Shown piece by piece: positions 9,290-19,025 of a stretch of 64,000 nt of DNA (position 1 is the first letter of the stretch; each line of letters starts with the position of its first letter). This DNA is from a virus, in IMG/VR virus record IMGVR_UViG_3300020183_000012, positions 32,001 through 96,000 of that record; one strand, written 5' to 3'. The notes beneath the pieces were generated by a model. The model was given only the letters and a program-made list of their open reading frames with translations, made no database searches and was not told where the DNA came from. The translations under genes and the position numbers were made by a program.

Positions 9290-9769
9290 TTAATTTTTAG
9301 CCATTTTTTTATGCTGTTGTTCACCATAGTATTGATTCATGTATTTTCTGCTTGAAGCTTTTATTGTTCTTAGGTCAACTTCGACATTATGTTTTTTAAG
9401 TAATCTTACTGCTGTATATTCAGCTGCTTTTTCGTGCTGATATTCCGATGCATGTAACCAAAATTTTCTTCTTTTTAACCATTGAAGGAAATGAGCGTAT
9501 TCGTGTGCTAGTGTGTGCACCCATACAGTTTCTCCTGATCCTTTTGCTACTTTTATTTCTCCATCTCTAAAACTGTAGCCGCTTCCCTTTGTTTTTTTTC
9601 TCCATGGTTCCCAAAAATATCCAAAGCATCTCTCTCCATCATTAGCATTTAATTTTTTTCCTGAAGTAAATGTCACCGTTACTCCATATTCGGAGCAGTG
9701 ATCTCTTATATGATTTACGAATTTTTTTATTGATTCTTTACTGGTTAATCTGTAGTTTACTTTTGCCAT
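9290..9769 (-). CDS. Putative HExxH zinc metallopeptidase-like protein
   Basis: TLAHEYAHFLQW plus downstream E..A; SD GGAGG. Confidence 0.65.
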   Translation of the reverse strand: MAKVNYRLTSKESIKKFVNHIRDHCSEYGVTVTFTSGKKLNANDGERCFGYFWEPWRKKTKGSGYSFRDGEIKVAKGSGETVWVHTLAHEYAHFLQWLKRRKFWLHASEYQHEKAAEYTAVRLLKKHNVEVDLRTIKASSRKYMNQYYGEQQHKKMAKN

Positions 9770-9887
9770 TCATCACCCTCCAACTACATATTTCTCGGCA
9801 TGATGACTTTCCCCTTTTAAAATTGTGAATAATATAAATCTTTATTTATTAAGGATATATAAAATAATATTGGTAGATAAATATAGT

Positions 9888-10670
9888 ATGAATTGGTTTA
9901 AAATATCTCAATCACAACAATCTGAAATAACATATGTTGTTCAAAAGGGAGATACTCTATCTGGTATTTCTAAAAAATTATTAAATAATGTTAACAGGTG
10001 GCCAGAGATACAGGCTTTAAACAACATTAAAGATCCCAGCATAATTAAACCTGGTCAAATACTAAAAATACCTTCCGTCAATTTGGAAGAGATATCAAAG
10101 CCCGTTCAGAAAACCCCAATTGTTTCTCAATCTGGGGTCCTTGAGGCTCTTAAAAAAGAAATATCAAGAACAGAGGGTAACTATGGTGCTTATAACAGGG
10201 GCAAAGCTGGAGACACAACTGTCCCCCAAATAGACATAACTAAACTTACAATTGGTCAAATTATGCAAATGCAGGCAAATCGAAAAATGTTCGCTGTGGG
10301 AAAATATCAGATGATACCTGCTACCTTAAAAGAAGCCATAAATAATAAAAAAATAGGACTAAAAGAAAGCGATGTATTTAGTCCTCAAAACCAAGAAAAG
10401 CTATTCATGTATTTGCTGTACAAGAGACCCTCTCTGATGTCTTATATTGAAGGCAAAAGCGACGATATTGATGCCGCAGTGAACGATTTGGCTAAAGAAT
10501 TCGCTTCTCTACCCACAACTTCAGGAAAAGGTTACTATGATGGAGACAGTGCTGGCAATAAGGCATCTGGTGGTAAAGAAAGAGTAGATAAAATAAAAGA
10601 AATATTAAAAAATTTAAGGTCATCTTTATCTAGTTCTGGAGGTGTACAGAATGCAGGCAAGACCAAATAA
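9888..10670 (+). CDS. LysM-domain lysozyme-like peptidoglycan hydrolase
   Basis: LysM YVVQKGDTLSGIS..I..LNNIKDPSIIKPGQILKIP; lysozyme-like TEG.Y, AVGKYQMIPATL, FSPQNQ, LAKEFASLP; start at MNWFKISQ. Confidence 0.85.
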   Translation: MNWFKISQSQQSEITYVVQKGDTLSGISKKLLNNVNRWPEIQALNNIKDPSIIKPGQILKIPSVNLEEISKPVQKTPIVSQSGVLEALKKEISRTEGNYGAYNRGKAGDTTVPQIDITKLTIGQIMQMQANRKMFAVGKYQMIPATLKEAINNKKIGLKESDVFSPQNQEKLFMYLLYKRPSLMSYIEGKSDDIDAAVNDLAKEFASLPTTSGKGYYDGDSAGNKASGGKERVDKIKEILKNLRSSLSSSGGVQNAGKTK

Positions 10671-10893
10671 AAATAGAAGAGGCAGGCAGTCTGAAAAATA
10701 CATATATGTGCCTTATTTGAACGATTCTAACTGCGTTACCAAGTTGCTCCTTACCGAAAAAGAATTTTTGAACGCAAAATCAAGAGCAGAAAAAAATCCC
10801 GAAGACACTTACGGAGATGTTATTGCTTTTCAGGTAATAGAAAATATAGTATCTGAAAAAATAACAGAAGTTAAAAAAGAAAATTTTGAATAA
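10651..10893 (+). CDS. Hypothetical protein
   Basis: LLLTEKEFLNAKSRAEKNPED motif; SD GGAGG. Confidence 0.6.
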   Translation: MQARPNKNRRGRQSEKYIYVPYLNDSNCVTKLLLTEKEFLNAKSRAEKNPEDTYGDVIAFQVIENIVSEKITEVKKENFE

Positions 10894-11028
10894 CTTATAA
10901 AAATATAGCAATAGATCCTCCATTTAAGTAAATATATTTTGCCATGCAAGTGTGTGCTATGTCATTTAAAAAAAATCTAGATCAAGAAAATAAAACCGAT
11001 AAATATTTGGTTTTTAAAGGAGAAAAAT

Positions 11029-11142
11029 ATGGCAAGCACAAGCAAGGGTTTTAATTCTAAAACAAAGAGACACAAAAAATACGAAGCTATGATAAAAAAA
11101 TCAAGAAGAGTAATGGATATGAAGAGGAAGCAAAAAAAATAA
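11029..11142 (+). CDS. 37-aa highly basic peptide
   Basis: SD AAGGAG; MASTSKGFNSKTKRHKK...; followed by a terminator (not in ORF track). Confidence 0.55.
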   Translation: MASTSKGFNSKTKRHKKYEAMIKKSRRVMDMKRKQKK

Positions 11143-11143
11143 T

Positions 11144-11171
11144 AAAAAAGACCGGTTTATCCGGTCTTTTT
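11144..11171. terminator. Bidirectional intrinsic terminator
   Basis: AAAAAAGACCGG-TTTAT-CCGGTCTTTTT between convergent genes. Confidence 0.8.
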
Positions 11172-11177
11172 TATTTG

Positions 11178-11498
11178 TCAATTATTTGGTGTTTCTTTTT
11201 TTGGTTTTTGAGGCTCTAGCGTTCCGTCGTCATCGTAACCATCATCATCTTTGTCCTCTTCGCATTCAGCTGGTTTTTTCACCAGATGCCTCCAGGCTGC
11301 CATCATTGCTATGATGGCAATTGGAATATACCATATTACCCATCCGTATGATGGCTGCATTGGTCCAGGTTGAGATATGTGGTCCTTTAATTGTAGCATT
11401 ACAACATTGTCGCTAGTATTGTCCGGAACTATTATTGGCTCGGTAGTATTGCATCCAGCAATAAGTAGAAGGGACATTATAAATAATTTTGCTTTCAT
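11178..11498 (-). CDS. Lipoprotein with internal TM helix (spanin-like candidate)
   Basis: Lipobox LIAG-C; TM YGWVIWYIPIAIIAMMAAW; adjacent to holin-like gene. Confidence 0.55.
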   Translation of the reverse strand: MKAKLFIMSLLLIAGCNTTEPIIVPDNTSDNVVMLQLKDHISQPGPMQPSYGWVIWYIPIAIIAMMAAWRHLVKKPAECEEDKDDDGYDDDGTLEPQKPKKETPNN

Positions 11499-11511
11499 TT
11501 TTCGCTCCTCA

Positions 11512-11949
11512 TTATGACTTGTTGCTGGCTGCTGCTGTTCCGAAGTAGAAGCCTACTATACTGAGTAGTATTTGTCTGTTTTCAGATGCCCAGAAAAATC
11601 CGTTAATTTCAACGAAAGCTTTCTTGCTAGTCTCTGGTATTAATCCAAAAATTCCCTCTGGATTTTTCACATCTACTTCTATAAAAGTTGGTACTCCAAA
11701 GAATGGAAGTATAAATGGTGCAGCAAAAGCACCAAACAAAACAGTTAAAACAATTACCTGTCTAACTGTTCTTCCTGAATCTATAGAAACTCTTTGTACA
11801 GCTTTGTCTTGATTGTCAGTGGTCTGTTTGTTTGCCTGTATGAGTTGCTGAAACATTTCTTTTTGGTCTTGGCTTTTTTGAGCCATGTACTTAAAAAGAA
11901 ACCCAGTCACTCCTCCACCGATCATGCTAATTAGTTCTGTTGGTATCAT
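11512..11949 (-). CDS. Holin-like membrane protein
   Basis: Start MIPTELISM (SD GAGG); three hydrophobic segments; C-terminal IVGFYFG motif typical of phage holins. Confidence 0.6.
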   Translation of the reverse strand: MIPTELISMIGGGVTGFLFKYMAQKSQDQKEMFQQLIQANKQTTDNQDKAVQRVSIDSGRTVRQVIVLTVLFGAFAAPFILPFFGVPTFIEVDVKNPEGIFGLIPETSKKAFVEINGFFWASENRQILLSIVGFYFGTAAASNKS

Positions 11950-12090
11950 TGTAACCTCGCTTTGTCTTTTGGACCTTAATTTAATTAATCTTAAAGACAT
12001 GAAATACCTTTTTATAAAAATAATCATGTTTTTAATATTTTTTTAACAATACTGGCTTGTTTTTGGCGTTTTTGAGCATACAATACGGAT

Positions 12091-12396
12091 ATGCCAAATC
12101 CAAAAGGATCAACTTATGAAGTGGGCAAGAAGCTTCCCTTTAATATTTTTGCCTTCCGTGTATCGGTTTCACTTGAAAGATCAAGTGAACTTGAATCTAT
12201 TGTTAAAAAAATACATCATAGTAGAAGAAACTGCATGAAATCTTTTGTTTCCGACGATAATTATTCGCATCTTCATTTTAGATGTTGTGGTTCTGAAAAA
12301 AGAAAGCGCATTATTGAAGAGATTTCCATTGCAGGACTTAAGAATTTTTTTATTACAAATTCTTTTGATGGTATTATTTTTGATGATATTCAATAA
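12091..12396 (+). CDS. Hypothetical protein
   Basis: 101 aa; TACAAT 6 nt before ATG (possibly leaderless). Confidence 0.5.
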   Translation: MPNPKGSTYEVGKKLPFNIFAFRVSVSLERSSELESIVKKIHHSRRNCMKSFVSDDNYSHLHFRCCGSEKRKRIIEEISIAGLKNFFITNSFDGIIFDDIQ

Positions 12397-12429
12397 AGGT
12401 TTGACTTTTTTTTCATAATATAAATTAAT

Positions 12430-13131
12430 ATGTTTTTCAATTGGTATAAGACTGCACAGATAAAGTCTACAATGATTCATTCTTTGGATCCGGCAGATTT
12501 TCCTGTTAGAATATTTTTTTCACATAAAGCCAACAAAGATTTGGAATCTATGGATAAAACAAGAAAACAAGCTATTATGGATTCTATTAAAAACTGGCCT
12601 CACAATGTAGGTTCATTTACTCTGACAAAAAATCTTCACAAGTTAGAAGTTTCATATCTCAATAAGCCAAGAGTGATGTATTTTCAGTGCAAAGAAAATG
12701 AAGACATCGTAATGTATATTTACAGATGCTTCCCAACTCATGCAGAGTACAACAAGGCTCTTCCTTCTCTGGCCAATATTCCAAATTTTTGCGTTGATAA
12801 AAACGGAGAAAAAAATCCTCAACTTTTGTCTTTGTTTGACAGGACACCTTGGTATGAAAACAAAAAAGATAAAAAACAAAAGATAAACATACAGATATAT
12901 CCTGTGTTTGATTTTGCCTTAATTTGTTATCATAAATTCAAACTTGGTGGACAAAAAGGTCTAGAAGAAGTTTTGGAAGAATTAAAAAATTTAGACGAAA
13001 ACAAAATTTATGATTTGATAAATGAGATTGAAAAAATTAATTCTAGCGATAAGTCTTTTGAAAATTTTATAAAAAATATACTGAAAAATAAAATATTCAA
13101 AATATGGGACAGTAAAATGTCTAATTTGTGA
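12430..13131 (+). CDS. Protein with RelE/ParE-like N-terminal domain
   Basis: RIFFSHKANKDLESMDK..KQAI...HKLEV..PRVMY..IYRCFPTHAEY pattern; starts MFFNWYKTAQ. Confidence 0.45.
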   Translation: MFFNWYKTAQIKSTMIHSLDPADFPVRIFFSHKANKDLESMDKTRKQAIMDSIKNWPHNVGSFTLTKNLHKLEVSYLNKPRVMYFQCKENEDIVMYIYRCFPTHAEYNKALPSLANIPNFCVDKNGEKNPQLLSLFDRTPWYENKKDKKQKINIQIYPVFDFALICYHKFKLGGQKGLEEVLEELKNLDENKIYDLINEIEKINSSDKSFENFIKNILKNKIFKIWDSKMSNL

Positions 13132-13184
13132 ACCAGCAATGGTATTCTGTTTTGTTCTTGACGATATAGTCTGGGATAAAACAC

Positions 13185-13673
13185 ATGAGAAAAGAACTTC
13201 AAGATCGTCTTTACGTAAATTATCCTGAAATATTTCAGGATAGGGATGGGGACATGAAAGATACTCTTATGTGTTGGGGCATCTGCTGTGGAGACGGTTG
13301 GTATTTTTTGATTAACAATCTTTGCAAGTCAATAAAAAAATATGTTGACTGGAAAAAAAGAATTGCGAAACCAGGAGAAGATCAAAGCAATCTCTCTGTC
13401 GTCGCAGAACAAGTTAAGGAAAAATATGGTTCTTTACGATTTTACATTCGTGGAGGTGATGATTATGTTAATGGTCTTATTGCTATGGCTGAATCTATTA
13501 GTAAAAACACATGTGAATATACTGGAAACTTTGGTGTAATTAGAGGAAGTACATGGCTGTCTTGTACTTCTTTTGATAACATGAAAAGAAAAGCCACTCA
13601 GGAAGAGATTGATTTTGTTTACAACCAGGTTTTGGAAATGGAAAAGACATCTAAAGAAGAAATTTTGCCATAA
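13185..13673 (+). CDS. Conserved phage hypothetical protein
   Basis: WGICCGDGWY and QVKEKYGSLRFY..AESIS..TCE motifs. Confidence 0.75.
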   Translation: MRKELQDRLYVNYPEIFQDRDGDMKDTLMCWGICCGDGWYFLINNLCKSIKKYVDWKKRIAKPGEDQSNLSVVAEQVKEKYGSLRFYIRGGDDYVNGLIAMAESISKNTCEYTGNFGVIRGSTWLSCTSFDNMKRKATQEEIDFVYNQVLEMEKTSKEEILP

Positions 13674-13682
13674 GGAGCAAAA

Positions 13683-13868
13683 ATGCTTGAATCTTTTTGG
13701 AAAAAAATTAATCTTGGACCAAGAGTTAAGAAGACACCAAGAATTCTCACAAGAGATCAGCTATTTGCTATATCTAGAGAATTTCAAATTAGAGAAATAA
13801 TTAGAAAAAATGAAACAATAAACGAAAACGATAATTTTAATAGCAAAATATGGAAAAACAAGATATAA
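13683..13868 (+). CDS. Hypothetical protein
   Basis: SD AAGGAG; 61 aa. Confidence 0.5.
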   Translation: MLESFWKKINLGPRVKKTPRILTRDQLFAISREFQIREIIRKNETINENDNFNSKIWKNKI

Positions 13869-14032
13869 AAAAAATAGAAGAGCTTTTCTATATTTTTGGA
13901 GATGTCTCTAAAAATATTGGAAGAATAGAGACTGACGGCAAAGAAGGCAACATGAAAAAGTATGAAAGACTATGCAAAGATAGAGAGTCTGTAATTTCAG
14001 AATTTTCTCAAATAATAAAAAAAAGCATTTAA
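13850..14032 (+). CDS. Hypothetical protein
   Basis: 60 aa; paralogous to the disrupted ORF at 19811. Confidence 0.6.
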   Translation: MEKQDIKKIEELFYIFGDVSKNIGRIETDGKEGNMKKYERLCKDRESVISEFSQIIKKSI

Positions 14033-14392
14033 ATGAAAACAATAATAGCTGGATCAAGAACAATCAAGGATGGAGATCTTATAGATCAGGCTGTTAGCGA
14101 ATCCGGTTTTACTATTTCAAAGGTCCTGTGCGGTGGAGCAAAGGGTGCTGACATTCTTGGTAGAAACTATGCAAAATCAAAAGGCATACCAGTGCTCGAG
14201 TTTCCCGCCGACTGGGGAAAGTTTGGTAATGCTGCTGGTATTATAAGAAATGTTGCTATGGCGAACAATGCAGATGCTCTTGTGGCCATATGGGATGGAA
14301 AGTCAAGAGGAACTCGTCACATGATAGACGAGGCAAAAAAAAGAAATCTAAAAGTGTATGTGAAAATTATAGAAAAGGAGGTTGTTAATTGA
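14033..14392 (+). CDS. SLOG-superfamily (DUF2493/YspA-like) protein
   Basis: KTIIAGSR, GGAKGAD.LG, FPADW..G.AAG.IRN..MA..ADALVAIWDGKSRGT.HMI. Confidence 0.85.
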   Translation: MKTIIAGSRTIKDGDLIDQAVSESGFTISKVLCGGAKGADILGRNYAKSKGIPVLEFPADWGKFGNAAGIIRNVAMANNADALVAIWDGKSRGTRHMIDEAKKRNLKVYVKIIEKEVVN

Positions 14393-14574
14393 AAAAGATA
14401 TCCAAAAAAGAAGATAAGGTCAACGGTTTTGTTCTTGCTTTTTTAATTGCTTCATTGGTTTTCCTTTCATTTACTGTCGGAAGGTTTTACGAATACGAAT
14501 ATCACACCAAGACCTGGATGGTAAAATATAGAATGGCAAAAATTACGCCTAATTTTGATCAGGATTCCAAATGA
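14389..14574 (+). CDS. Small membrane protein
   Basis: TTG start with SD GGAGG; one TM helix. Confidence 0.5.
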   Translation: MKKISKKEDKVNGFVLAFLIASLVFLSFTVGRFYEYEYHTKTWMVKYRMAKITPNFDQDSK

Positions 14575-15062
14575 ATTCTGATGATATAAAAAAAAGCAAA
14601 GAGTTTACTTCTCTTATTAAAGAGAATCAGAGGATGAGGGAGTCTATTGCCAACGCAGTAGTCCTAATGTTTGATTATGACGGTCATTACAACGAAAAAA
14701 CAGGTAAGGGCAGCATACAGGGCCTTGCTTCTCTAATGAATGAAATTGCATCAAATTTAAAATGCCTTCTTGAGTCTCCATCCGAATTTAAAAAGAGCGG
14801 ATGGAATTATAGAATTATGAAAAGAAAAGTAGGTGATGAAGAAGTGTATTCAATACACGAGGTATACTACGATGAAGTCGGTGATGACAGTACAATAACT
14901 AATTTTACTGAGTCTCCAGTAAATATTGAATCTGATTCATTTTTAGGAATAAGAAACACAATATCTGCACTTTCTATGGCCACAGACGAAAAGTATGTTC
15001 TTGATTACGATAAGCTTGTAAAAAGATTGAGAGCTAAGAAAAATGTCAGAAGAAGAAAATAA
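14571..15062 (+). CDS. Hypothetical phage protein
   Basis: C-terminal WNYRIMKR..YSIHEVYYD domain. Confidence 0.7.
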   Translation: MNSDDIKKSKEFTSLIKENQRMRESIANAVVLMFDYDGHYNEKTGKGSIQGLASLMNEIASNLKCLLESPSEFKKSGWNYRIMKRKVGDEEVYSIHEVYYDEVGDDSTITNFTESPVNIESDSFLGIRNTISALSMATDEKYVLDYDKLVKRLRAKKNVRRRK

Positions 15063-15447
15063 TAAAAAAGACAATTTATTAAAAATTCTTACGGAAATAG
15101 GTGAAATTCAGCAGGGTGTAATGGAGCAATATGCCAATGACGCTGATAATTATTGGAATTCTCTTACGTATGAACAAAAGTTAATGTGCTTTTTTGCTGT
15201 TACAAAGAAGATACACCAGGGTGATTGCTTGGAGAATCGTTCTTACAGGGGTGTCATATATGATATTTTTGGATTCGATATGGACGCATATGGACTAGGT
15301 ATGTATTCAGGTTATTTTGAAATTCACAATAGAATTCTTTCAAAGGAAGATATGTTAAAGTTTGAAAAAATAGAATCCATGATGGATTCGGATTGTTTTA
15401 AAAATTTTATGGATTTCATTTCGGATGTAGGGAAAAAAGACAATTAA
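15043..15447 (+). CDS. Hypothetical phage protein
   Basis: SYRGVIYDIFGF..DAY.LGM.SGY.EIHN motif. Confidence 0.7.
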   Translation: MSEEENNKKDNLLKILTEIGEIQQGVMEQYANDADNYWNSLTYEQKLMCFFAVTKKIHQGDCLENRSYRGVIYDIFGFDMDAYGLGMYSGYFEIHNRILSKEDMLKFEKIESMMDSDCFKNFMDFISDVGKKDN

Positions 15448-15554
15448 AATTAAAATAATTATTTTATAATTTATTGTTTGAAATTGGGCGACGAATAGTT
15501 AGCCCAATTATTTTTTATAAAGGTAAGTTTTATTTATTTACAGTATTTATTATT

Positions 15555-17150
15555 ATGAATTTAATGGTTCACAACTGGCTAAAAAGAGCTATGGCTGGAC
15601 AATTGAGTATGGAGGCATACGCAAAAACAGTCAAAGACAAAGATCATCAAATGATGATTATTCATGGCGACAAGCACATAGGCAAAGAAGTTGGTCTTGT
15701 GTTGGCGGCACAGAATCCATACCTTCATGAAGAAGTTCAGGAGTATGTGTACGAAATAACTAAGCCTTACATCAAAAGCGACACTTACTCAGGTTACACT
15801 GTTTCTTGTAAGGAAGAAAGCAGTATTGGCATTTTAACTGCCATGTCAGATAATCCCATTATGTCTAAAGAAATTATTTCTAAATTGGTTGATGATTTGG
15901 AGTTGATATTTGATGAGGTAAATAAAACTCCCCTAAGATCATATAACTATGACAGGCATGATTTAATATTGAAAATTTATTCAAAATATGGTGAATTTTT
16001 AAAAAATGCTTCCTCCAAGCATAATGTTACAAAAAAATCACAAAATAAAATAATAAATATTGCATCTTCCTTTAGTCAAATTTCAGGCTCACAACATTAT
16101 TACGGATATGATTATCAGAGAAAGGAAATTGCTACTATTGGTGATGATTTGATGTCTTCTTTAGTAAGTAATCGTTTTATAAATGTTGATGAAAGACTTG
16201 AAATTACAAACCAGCACTTGAATCCTCAGGTTGTATCAAGTTTTGTCAAAAGTGAGGGTGTTGGAGCCAGTCATGTTGCTGGTATTATTTCAGGAAGTAT
16301 TTCAAAAACCGATGGTATCAATGATGCTCAAATTGATAATCGCTTAAAAGCAATGATAGGAATGGTTGAATCGGTAAATTTTGAGGACGAAAAGATAGAA
16401 AAGCTTTTTTTCTCTCAACAATTTATTGATTTTTTTAATAAAATAAATTCTCTTCGTCAATACCATAGTTCTCCTGGACACAGGGATTATGAAGAATTTC
16501 AAGGGTATAAATATTATGTTTTAAACGCAATGGCAAAAAGAGCCAAAACCGAGGAAGCAAGAGTTAATTTTTTCAAAATTATTTTAAATGATGCAGGTGA
16601 TAATATTTATAAATACCGTTTAATTCACGATCTTTTAAAATTAGTCATGGATACAGGGAGAATATCAGAAGAGTTTGTGGATTTGCTTTTTAAAAGTATG
16701 GGTAAATTAAGTGCGTTTCAGCATTTGCATACAGCATGCAGCAACAATTTTCATTTATTTAAATACGTATTTGATAAATATGTTATTAAAGAAGAAATAT
16801 TTGAAACATCAACACTTTCTATGAACATTAATAGGTGGATTAAATGTTGCATAGATAGAGGAATAAACTGTGAATCCCAGTCTTCTCTTTTAGATTCCTG
16901 GATATTGAAGCACAGAGAATTACTTAATAATGAGTCCCGTAGTTGGAATATTCAGAATATTTTGTTTTTTCCTTCAGACAACAATTATCCGCTTTTGTTT
17001 CTTGATTCAAAAAATAAAAAATGTCCTGAAGTAGTTAGAAAAATAATTTCAATTGGTGGAGGCTCTTTTAGAAATAGATTCATTATTAAAAGACTGAGTG
17101 AAGTGAGATCAATGATTTCTCGTGGCACATGGCAAAAGGATTCTTTATGA
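15555..17150 (+). CDS. Helical-repeat protein, paralog family member
   Basis: Start MNLMVHNWLKRA; NP-type repeats; C-terminal IIKRLSEVRS. Confidence 0.75.
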   Translation: MNLMVHNWLKRAMAGQLSMEAYAKTVKDKDHQMMIIHGDKHIGKEVGLVLAAQNPYLHEEVQEYVYEITKPYIKSDTYSGYTVSCKEESSIGILTAMSDNPIMSKEIISKLVDDLELIFDEVNKTPLRSYNYDRHDLILKIYSKYGEFLKNASSKHNVTKKSQNKIINIASSFSQISGSQHYYGYDYQRKEIATIGDDLMSSLVSNRFINVDERLEITNQHLNPQVVSSFVKSEGVGASHVAGIISGSISKTDGINDAQIDNRLKAMIGMVESVNFEDEKIEKLFFSQQFIDFFNKINSLRQYHSSPGHRDYEEFQGYKYYVLNAMAKRAKTEEARVNFFKIILNDAGDNIYKYRLIHDLLKLVMDTGRISEEFVDLLFKSMGKLSAFQHLHTACSNNFHLFKYVFDKYVIKEEIFETSTLSMNINRWIKCCIDRGINCESQSSLLDSWILKHRELLNNESRSWNIQNILFFPSDNNYPLLFLDSKNKKCPEVVRKIISIGGGSFRNRFIIKRLSEVRSMISRGTWQKDSL

Positions 17151-18115
17151 GAAAGCCCAAACCCACTAACTGGATCAAAAGGGCAAATCGTTTTGTGCCT
17201 TTTGAGTTTTTTAGTGCAAATCCTGATGACTACAAGAAGTACATAAAAAATCCAGACTGTCCTCCTCCTATGCTTACCGCCGCGTGGGAAGATGTTAAGT
17301 CAGGAATGGAAGATATTAAAATCAATATGGCCAGTATAGCTGCTGATGGCGAACTTGGCAGTCGTTGCAAGAGCATAGAAGATACTATTATTAGTATTAC
17401 TATTAATCCCAACACTCCCGAAGATATCATCTTTGAAATGACAGAAATTAACTGGCAAGCTTTCAAGTTTAGATGTCAAAACATGGAATGGAAGAAAATT
17501 ACTCGCGAACTTATTAATACAAATTCATACGAAAATTTAGTAAAAATTTTTGAAAATGCTAATAAAAAATTGAGTAGTTATGATGAAAAATCAAATTTTA
17601 CTGCTTATATTCATGATTCTATTTACGCATTAAATGTAATTAGAATGATCATGCATAGAACGACATATTATTCTCGCACAGACGCAGTAGACAGAATGTA
17701 TGATTGGGAACCGGTTAACACTTTTATCGAATATGTTAAAGACAAACAATTAAATATAATTAAAAATTTTGTTGATTTTTTTGAAAGAACTTTTATTTCA
17801 CACGATAAGGAAATTCAAAAAGAATTATATAATATTGCTATTTTGGGTGCGGGAGAGGATTATTCTTCAAAAGCTTTTGTTTCCCAAATATGGGAAATTA
17901 TGTTTATGATGCATGCTAGGGCTGAGAGTGGTACTGCTTATGGTTATGGAATTAATTATAAAACTACTAAAAAGTGCGCTGAGTTAACCAGAAAAATGGC
18001 GTCCGCTGGTATTATTGATAATTCCTCTACTTTTTCGATGTATAGGCATCGATTATATGATGTGAAGAATATTCTTGGCATGCCACTTGTGCACAAGTAC
18101 AATGATCCTTATTAG
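17147..18115 (+). CDS. Helical (LRV-like) repeat protein, paralog family member
   Basis: ATGA overlap; PTNWIKRA; NPDCP/NPNTP repeats; RHRLYDVKN. Confidence 0.75.
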   Translation: MRKPKPTNWIKRANRFVPFEFFSANPDDYKKYIKNPDCPPPMLTAAWEDVKSGMEDIKINMASIAADGELGSRCKSIEDTIISITINPNTPEDIIFEMTEINWQAFKFRCQNMEWKKITRELINTNSYENLVKIFENANKKLSSYDEKSNFTAYIHDSIYALNVIRMIMHRTTYYSRTDAVDRMYDWEPVNTFIEYVKDKQLNIIKNFVDFFERTFISHDKEIQKELYNIAILGAGEDYSSKAFVSQIWEIMFMMHARAESGTAYGYGINYKTTKKCAELTRKMASAGIIDNSSTFSMYRHRLYDVKNILGMPLVHKYNDPY

Positions 18116-18160
18116 CACTCTCCATTCATGGATAAACCATAATAATAATTACCATATTAC

Positions 18161-18195
18161 CATATTATATTATTATATTATTATATTATTATATT
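18161..18195. repeat. AT-only microsatellite (~4 x ATTATATT)
   Basis: catattatattattatattattatattattatatt in an intergenic region. Confidence 0.7.
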
Positions 18196-18419
18196 GTCAT
18201 GCCGTATGTCGTATGGGGCCGTTTTTGGTCCTCTCCCCCTGCCTCTCCCCCCCCTAGGTGTGTCTCCCCTCATTTTGACGGATCTTTTGTTTTGAGGGCG
18301 TGTAGAAGTTGCATCCCGGGAATAGACTAGTACGGGTGTCTGCGCTTTTTTGTCGATAGAGTGTTGTTGTGGTTGTATGGTGTTTTCGGGGTGTACCTGT
18401 ACCTGAGGAGTGTCGATCC

Positions 18420-18683
18420 ATGAGTGGAGAGTGCGATGTATGCGGTGGCAGGGGTTGCGTGGATAGGAGTCACTGCGCGTGGGCTGACCGTATGCGTTCT
18501 TTGGAGTCTCGTGTTGACGTGCTGAGCGAGGGGATGTGGAGGGCGTTACGTGAGCGTGACGAGGCTAGGCGTGAGTACTGTGCGTTGTACTCGGACTTTT
18601 ACCGTGGTGAGGGTGAGCCGCCCCATCCCCGTGAGGTTGCGGACGGCAAGGGTTGGGACTGTTTTAGGGATGCCAATTCATGA
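18420..18683 (+). CDS. Hypothetical protein with CxxC and ERDEARR..GWDCF motif
   Basis: Start MSGECDVCGG (SD GAGGAG). Confidence 0.65.
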   Translation: MSGECDVCGGRGCVDRSHCAWADRMRSLESRVDVLSEGMWRALRERDEARREYCALYSDFYRGEGEPPHPREVADGKGWDCFRDANS

Positions 18684-18731
18684 GCCACGATCCGATTCCT
18701 TTTGTGGGCGACAATATGAAGGAAACTACGA

Positions 18732-19025
18732 ATGATTGAACCAACAGAAGGTGAAATTGTTGATGTACTGAACAACTACCTCAACAGCGGTAACCGAGAT
18801 ACATTTCATCAGATTTTGATTGGTCGTGCCATCAAGGAGATCGAACGGCTTCGCAAGGAGCGTGACGAAGCATTGTTGGAGAAGGGTCGCATTATGAATG
18901 AAATTGATTGTCGTATCGAACATGGTGCAGATAGTAACCGTCATCTTGAAGCAATTCGTAATCTGTTTTCAAAGAAAGCAAAGATGGCCAGACTGGATGA
19001 ATTGAGAGAGATGGGACTACTATGA
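18732..19025 (+). CDS. Hypothetical coiled-coil phage protein
   Basis: EIERLRKERDEA motif. Confidence 0.6.
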   Translation: MIEPTEGEIVDVLNNYLNSGNRDTFHQILIGRAIKEIERLRKERDEALLEKGRIMNEIDCRIEHGADSNRHLEAIRNLFSKKAKMARLDELREMGLL

